Source of the DNA: Patescibacteria group bacterium | Lineage (GTDB): Bacteria > Patescibacteriota > Microgenomatia > JAMCYU01 | DNA: 64,000 bases | NCBI GenBank assembly: GCA_023473585.1 | Contig: JAMCYU010000005.1 | Location: 762 to 64,761, forward strand | Direction: 5' to 3' | Part shown: positions 61,401 through 64,000 of the stretch, piece after piece | Layout of the letters: the number at the start of each line of letters is the position of its first letter | Numbering within the stretch: position 1 is the first letter of the stretch | Notes under the pieces: model-generated | What the model was told of the DNA's origin: nothing | The model's input: only the letters and a program-made list of their open reading frames with translations | The model's database searches: none | Position numbers and translations under genes: made by a program

Positions 61401-62204
61401 TCCGTGTTCTTTAAGTTTTAGATATTCTTCTTCGGAAAGTAAGGATAAACGCCTTAGGCTTTTAGTTAATTCGCCCAAGGTCTTATAAATCTCTTCTGTC
61501 TGCAACTGTTCTTGAACCGACTCTTCGCTTAAGGCATTAAATTGTTGCTTGTAACGAAGACCAATCTCGGTCACCGTTAATTCCTGTTGCTCCTTATTTT
61601 TTATTTTAGTTTTAACCTCTTTGGTTTCAACGCTTAGGTTTTTTTCAATTTCCTTTTTCGCTTTTTCGGCTTTTTCCGCCAAATTTTTCTTCCGCTCTGC
61701 CTCTTCATCAACTAATTTCTTGAGGGCCTTCTTTTTTTCTTCTTCATCAACATCCAAAACCAAATAAGAAGCAAAGTAAATAATATTCTCCAAAGCTCTT
61801 GGGGTCATATCCAAAAGCAAGGAAAGTTTGGAGGGAGCGCCCTTAAAAAACCAAACATGAGCCACCGGTGAAGCTAAATTAATGTGCCCCATCCTCTCGC
61901 GTCTGACTTTTGACTGCGTAACCTCAACACCACATTTGTCACAAATAATTCCTCGGTATCTGATTCTTTTATATTTACCACAGTAACATTCCCAATCTTT
62001 CGTCGGTCCAAAAATCCGTTCACAAAAAAGGCCGTCTTTTTCGGGTTTAAGGGTTCTGTAGTTAATTGTCTCCGGTTTCGTCACTTCGCCATGGGACCAG
62101 CTTTTAATAACCTCGGCTGAAGCCAGATTAATTTTTAAACCCTTAAAGTCAATAATGTTGACTAAATTTTCTCCTTTATGTGTTGATGAGCTTTGTTTGT
62201 CCAT
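58470..62204 (-). CDS. rpoC: RNA polymerase beta' subunit
   Basis: Zinc finger, NADFDGD, GKRVDYSGR, GYLTRRL, SAASFQET. Confidence 0.99.
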   Translation of the reverse strand: MDKQSSSTHKGENLVNIIDFKGLKINLASAEVIKSWSHGEVTKPETINYRTLKPEKDGLFCERIFGPTKDWECYCGKYKRIRYRGIICDKCGVEVTQSKVRRERMGHINLASPVAHVWFFKGAPSKLSLLLDMTPRALENIIYFASYLVLDVDEEEKKKALKKLVDEEAERKKNLAEKAEKAKKEIEKNLSVETKEVKTKIKNKEQQELTVTEIGLRYKQQFNALSEESVQEQLQTEEIYKTLGELTKSLRRLSLLSEEEYLKLKEHGVSSFFKVGMGAEALTEIIKRIDSDKLAADLRTEIQKTTGQRHIKATKRLRVVDGFRKAGLSPAYMILSILPVLPPDLRPMVQLSGGRFATSDLNDLYRRVINRNNRLRHLMDLGAPEIILRNEKRMLQEAVDSLIDATQRPSARPVVQVLRSLSDMLRGKQGRFRQNLLGKRVDYSGRSVIVVGPELSLSQCGLPKEMALEMFKPFVLRELITRGLAPNVKSGKNILERRLPEVFDILEEITHDHPVLLNRAPTLHKLGIQAFYPVLIEGSAIRIHPCVCAGYNADFDGDQMAVHVPITESACQEAKDLMLPVHNLLKPADGSPITLPNKEMVLGCYWLTTIENEDLPEEKLQIFSDESAAIFAYQAGHLNLRQAIKVKINGQIIKTSVGRVLLNEILPGELRFFNDQVRSATLKGLITKSLQLFPAEKVAGLIDSFKDLGFWAATLSGGISVSVFDNKIIPEKRVLINQAEEKVTEVENNFHEGLITNEEKRRLSNDIWLGVTEEIADKTWASLDKDNPVKIIIESGGARASKDQLKQLAAMRGLVVDPLGKIVELPTKSNFREGLSIFEYVTSTRGSRKGLTDSALKTADAGYLTRRLVDVSHDAIIRIEDCGTKEGTEILRNEKRQGSFAQRVLGRVLIEKVVDPKTKKVLLEKQEEINEENVGLLEQHQIDKVIVRSPLTCQAKYGLCAACYGRDFSTRKRVELGTPVGILAAQSIGEPGTQLTMRVKHTGGIVGLDVTQGLPRVEELFEVRTPKALSPISEIAGKVEVAETADGYKIRIRSKGKPVEEREYLIALTSEVKVKDGEEVFVGEQLALGFLDIKEVLQVRGLRGAQKYLIEEIQTVYESQGIPINDKHFEVIVRKMSDKVRIDTAGDTILLPGELVDKIRFEEENAKILAEGGEPATAQIVILGVTRASLYTESWLSAASFQETTNVLTEAAILGKEDKLIGLKENVIIGRLIPTSADRVKIEE

Positions 62205-62207
62205 TAT

Positions 62208-64000
62208 TTATGACTCCTCTTCACTTTCTGGTTTATTGGTTTCTTCTTTTTTTTCTGTTTTGATTTCTTCACTTTCTGACAAGATTTCTTTCGTTTCTTC
62301 CGTAGGGGCAAAAGTTGGCGCCGTCACCACTCGCGTTGGTTGGACATCTAAACCCAAAGCCTGAAGCTCTTTAACCAACACTTTAAAAGACTCGGGAACT
62401 GTGGAAGCGGGAATCTCCACTCCCTTGATAATGGCCTCAAAAGCTTTGGCTCGACCCACCACATCGTCCGACTTGATCGTGAGCATTTCTTGCAGGGTAT
62501 GAGCCGCCCGGTGAGACTCCAAGGCCCAAACTTCCATTTCTCCCAATCTTTGGCCTCCCATTTGGGCTTTACCACCCAGGGGCTGTTGCGTCACTAAAGA
62601 ATAAGGACCAGTTGATCTGGCGTGTGTCTTGTCTTCAACCATGTGGATAAGTTTCATGATATAGGCAATACCCACAGCGACTTCTCGACTAAAAGGTTGA
62701 CCGTTTCTTCCGTCGCAAAGAACGGTTTTACCAGAAATCGGCAAGCCGGTCTTTTCTAATTCATTGATAATTTTTTCCTCGGCAATTTTTTCAAAAACAG
62801 GAATCGCATAAGTTTTATTAGCTTTTTGGGCGGCTAAACCAAGATGAGCCTCAAGGAGTTGTCCAAGGTTCATCCGGGATAAAACCGATAAGGGCGAAAT
62901 AATGATATCGATGGGTGTCCCGTCGGGTAAATAGGGCATATCCGCTTGAGGAACAATTTTCGAAATAACCCCTTTGTTACCATGACGACCGGCTAATTTA
63001 TCACCAACAACGACTTTTCTTATCTGAGCTACTTTCACAATAATTTTTCTGTTGGTTCCGGGTTCAAGTTCGTCGCCTTTTTCTTTGTCCAGAATTTTAA
63101 TGTCTACCACTATCCCTCTTTCTCCGTGAGGTATCCGTAAAGAAGTATCGCGAACCTCTCTGGCTTTCTCACCGAAAATAGCCCGTAAAAGTCTTTCTTC
63201 GGCGGTTAATTCGGTTTCTCCTTTAGGGGCAATTTTACCCACTAAAATATCATTAGGACCGACCTCGGCGCCAATAATCACAATCCCGTCCTGGTCAAGG
63301 TTTAAAAGCGCCTCTTCACCGACATTCGGAATGTCCCTCGTTGTTTCTTCTGGTCCCAATTTCGTGTCAACAACACTGGCCTCATATTCTTCAATATTAA
63401 TCGAGGTTAACACGTCTTGGCGAACTAACCTGTCGGAAATAATAATCGCATCCTCAAAACCCAAACCCTCATAAGACATGTAGGCAATAAGAAGATTTTG
63501 GCCTAAGGCTAATTCCCCGTGATCGGCGGCTGGACCATCAATAATCATCTCCCCCTCGGCAACTTTTTGCCCAACCTCAACTAACGGTCTTTGCGAATAA
63601 CAGGTTGATTGAGCCGACCGTTTGAACTTCTCCAAAAGATAAGTTTCTTCATTGCCCGAAATTTTAATTTTTTCCTCGACTAATCCGCCGGCCGGCGGAT
63701 CGATTTTCTTATCGGTTTTAATGGTTACTTTTTGAGCATCAACAAAAACAACTTTTCCGGCATGTCGAGCCCGGACAACTCTGCCCATCGCTTGGGAAAC
63801 GGTTGCTTCCATCCCCGTGCCGATAACTGGAGAGCTGGGCCGAACCAACGGAACAGCCTGACATTGCATGTGAGTTCCCATCAGGGCTCTATTAGCCTCA
63901 TCATGAGAAATAAACGGAATTAAAGATGCCGAAGCGCCAACAACCTGTCGCGGCGTTAAATCAATAAATTCTATTTCGTTTTTGGAAATTTCTAAAAAGT
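62208..64000 (-). CDS. rpoB: RNA polymerase beta subunit, C-terminal part (5' end beyond window)
   Basis: [37 protein letters not shown]. Confidence 0.99.
   Translation of the reverse strand, partial: FLEISKNEIEFIDLTPRQVVGASASLIPFISHDEANRALMGTHMQCQAVPLVRPSSPVIGTGMEATVSQAMGRVVRARHAGKVVFVDAQKVTIKTDKKIDPPAGGLVEEKIKISGNEETYLLEKFKRSAQSTCYSQRPLVEVGQKVAEGEMIIDGPAADHGELALGQNLLIAYMSYEGLGFEDAIIISDRLVRQDVLTSINIEEYEASVVDTKLGPEETTRDIPNVGEEALLNLDQDGIVIIGAEVGPNDILVGKIAPKGETELTAEERLLRAIFGEKAREVRDTSLRIPHGERGIVVDIKILDKEKGDELEPGTNRKIIVKVAQIRKVVVGDKLAGRHGNKGVISKIVPQADMPYLPDGTPIDIIISPLSVLSRMNLGQLLEAHLGLAAQKANKTYAIPVFEKIAEEKIINELEKTGLPISGKTVLCDGRNGQPFSREVAVGIAYIMKLIHMVEDKTHARSTGPYSLVTQQPLGGKAQMGGQRLGEMEVWALESHRAAHTLQEMLTIKSDDVVGRAKAFEAIIKGVEIPASTVPESFKVLVKELQALGLDVQPTRVVTAPTFAPTEETKEILSESEEIKTEKKEETNKPESEEES

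Noticed and set aside
2121-63923. Many 60-140 aa ORFs antisense or out of frame to recognised genes
   Set aside because: Fully overlap well-supported genes and show no motifs or initiation signals
1-64000. CRISPR array, transposase, integrase or prophage
   Set aside because: No regularly spaced repeat-spacer series and no mobility motifs; the 26-bp repeat has only two distant copies here
1-64000. Alternative genetic code (UGA = Gly)
   Set aside because: TGA ends conserved genes at expected positions (e.g. rpoC, rplO) and core genes are uninterrupted

Overview
AT-rich, tightly packed bacterial chromosome segment in the standard genetic code. Gene content and order (no rpmD/L30, trimmed ribosomal proteins, rplQ-rplM-rpsI fusion of operons, DUF5674/DUF4446/DUF5679-type genes) point by inference to Patescibacteria/CPR, probably Microgenomates. 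Bases 1-31,000 hold mixed housekeeping genes (partial DEAD-box helicase, gltX, archaeal-type aspS, recJ, CCA-adding enzyme, secDF, comM, miaA/miaB, desulfoferrodoxin, ABC exporter, HU, rny, recX, recA), tRNA-Gln(CUG), tRNA-Pro(GGG), RNase P RNA and several orphan genes. Bases 31,100-64,000 hold the rpoBC-str-S10-spc-alpha supercluster on the minus strand. It is interrupted by a doubly frameshifted P-type ATPase (between rpsG and fusA) and a five-gene block (between rpsJ and rplC). I see no CRISPR array, transposase or prophage. The most interesting signals are: a ~130-nt structured RNA with its own promoter directly upstream of rny; a terminator/antiterminator leader before rplC; a two-state structured leader before the helicase; an L3 lacking about 60 internal residues; widespread -10 + 6 nt + start (leaderless) promoters; in-frame heptamer repeats and palindromic elements inside core genes; and an identical 26-bp near-palindrome beside both tRNA genes. 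All family assignments are from motif recognition by eye; no searches were run.
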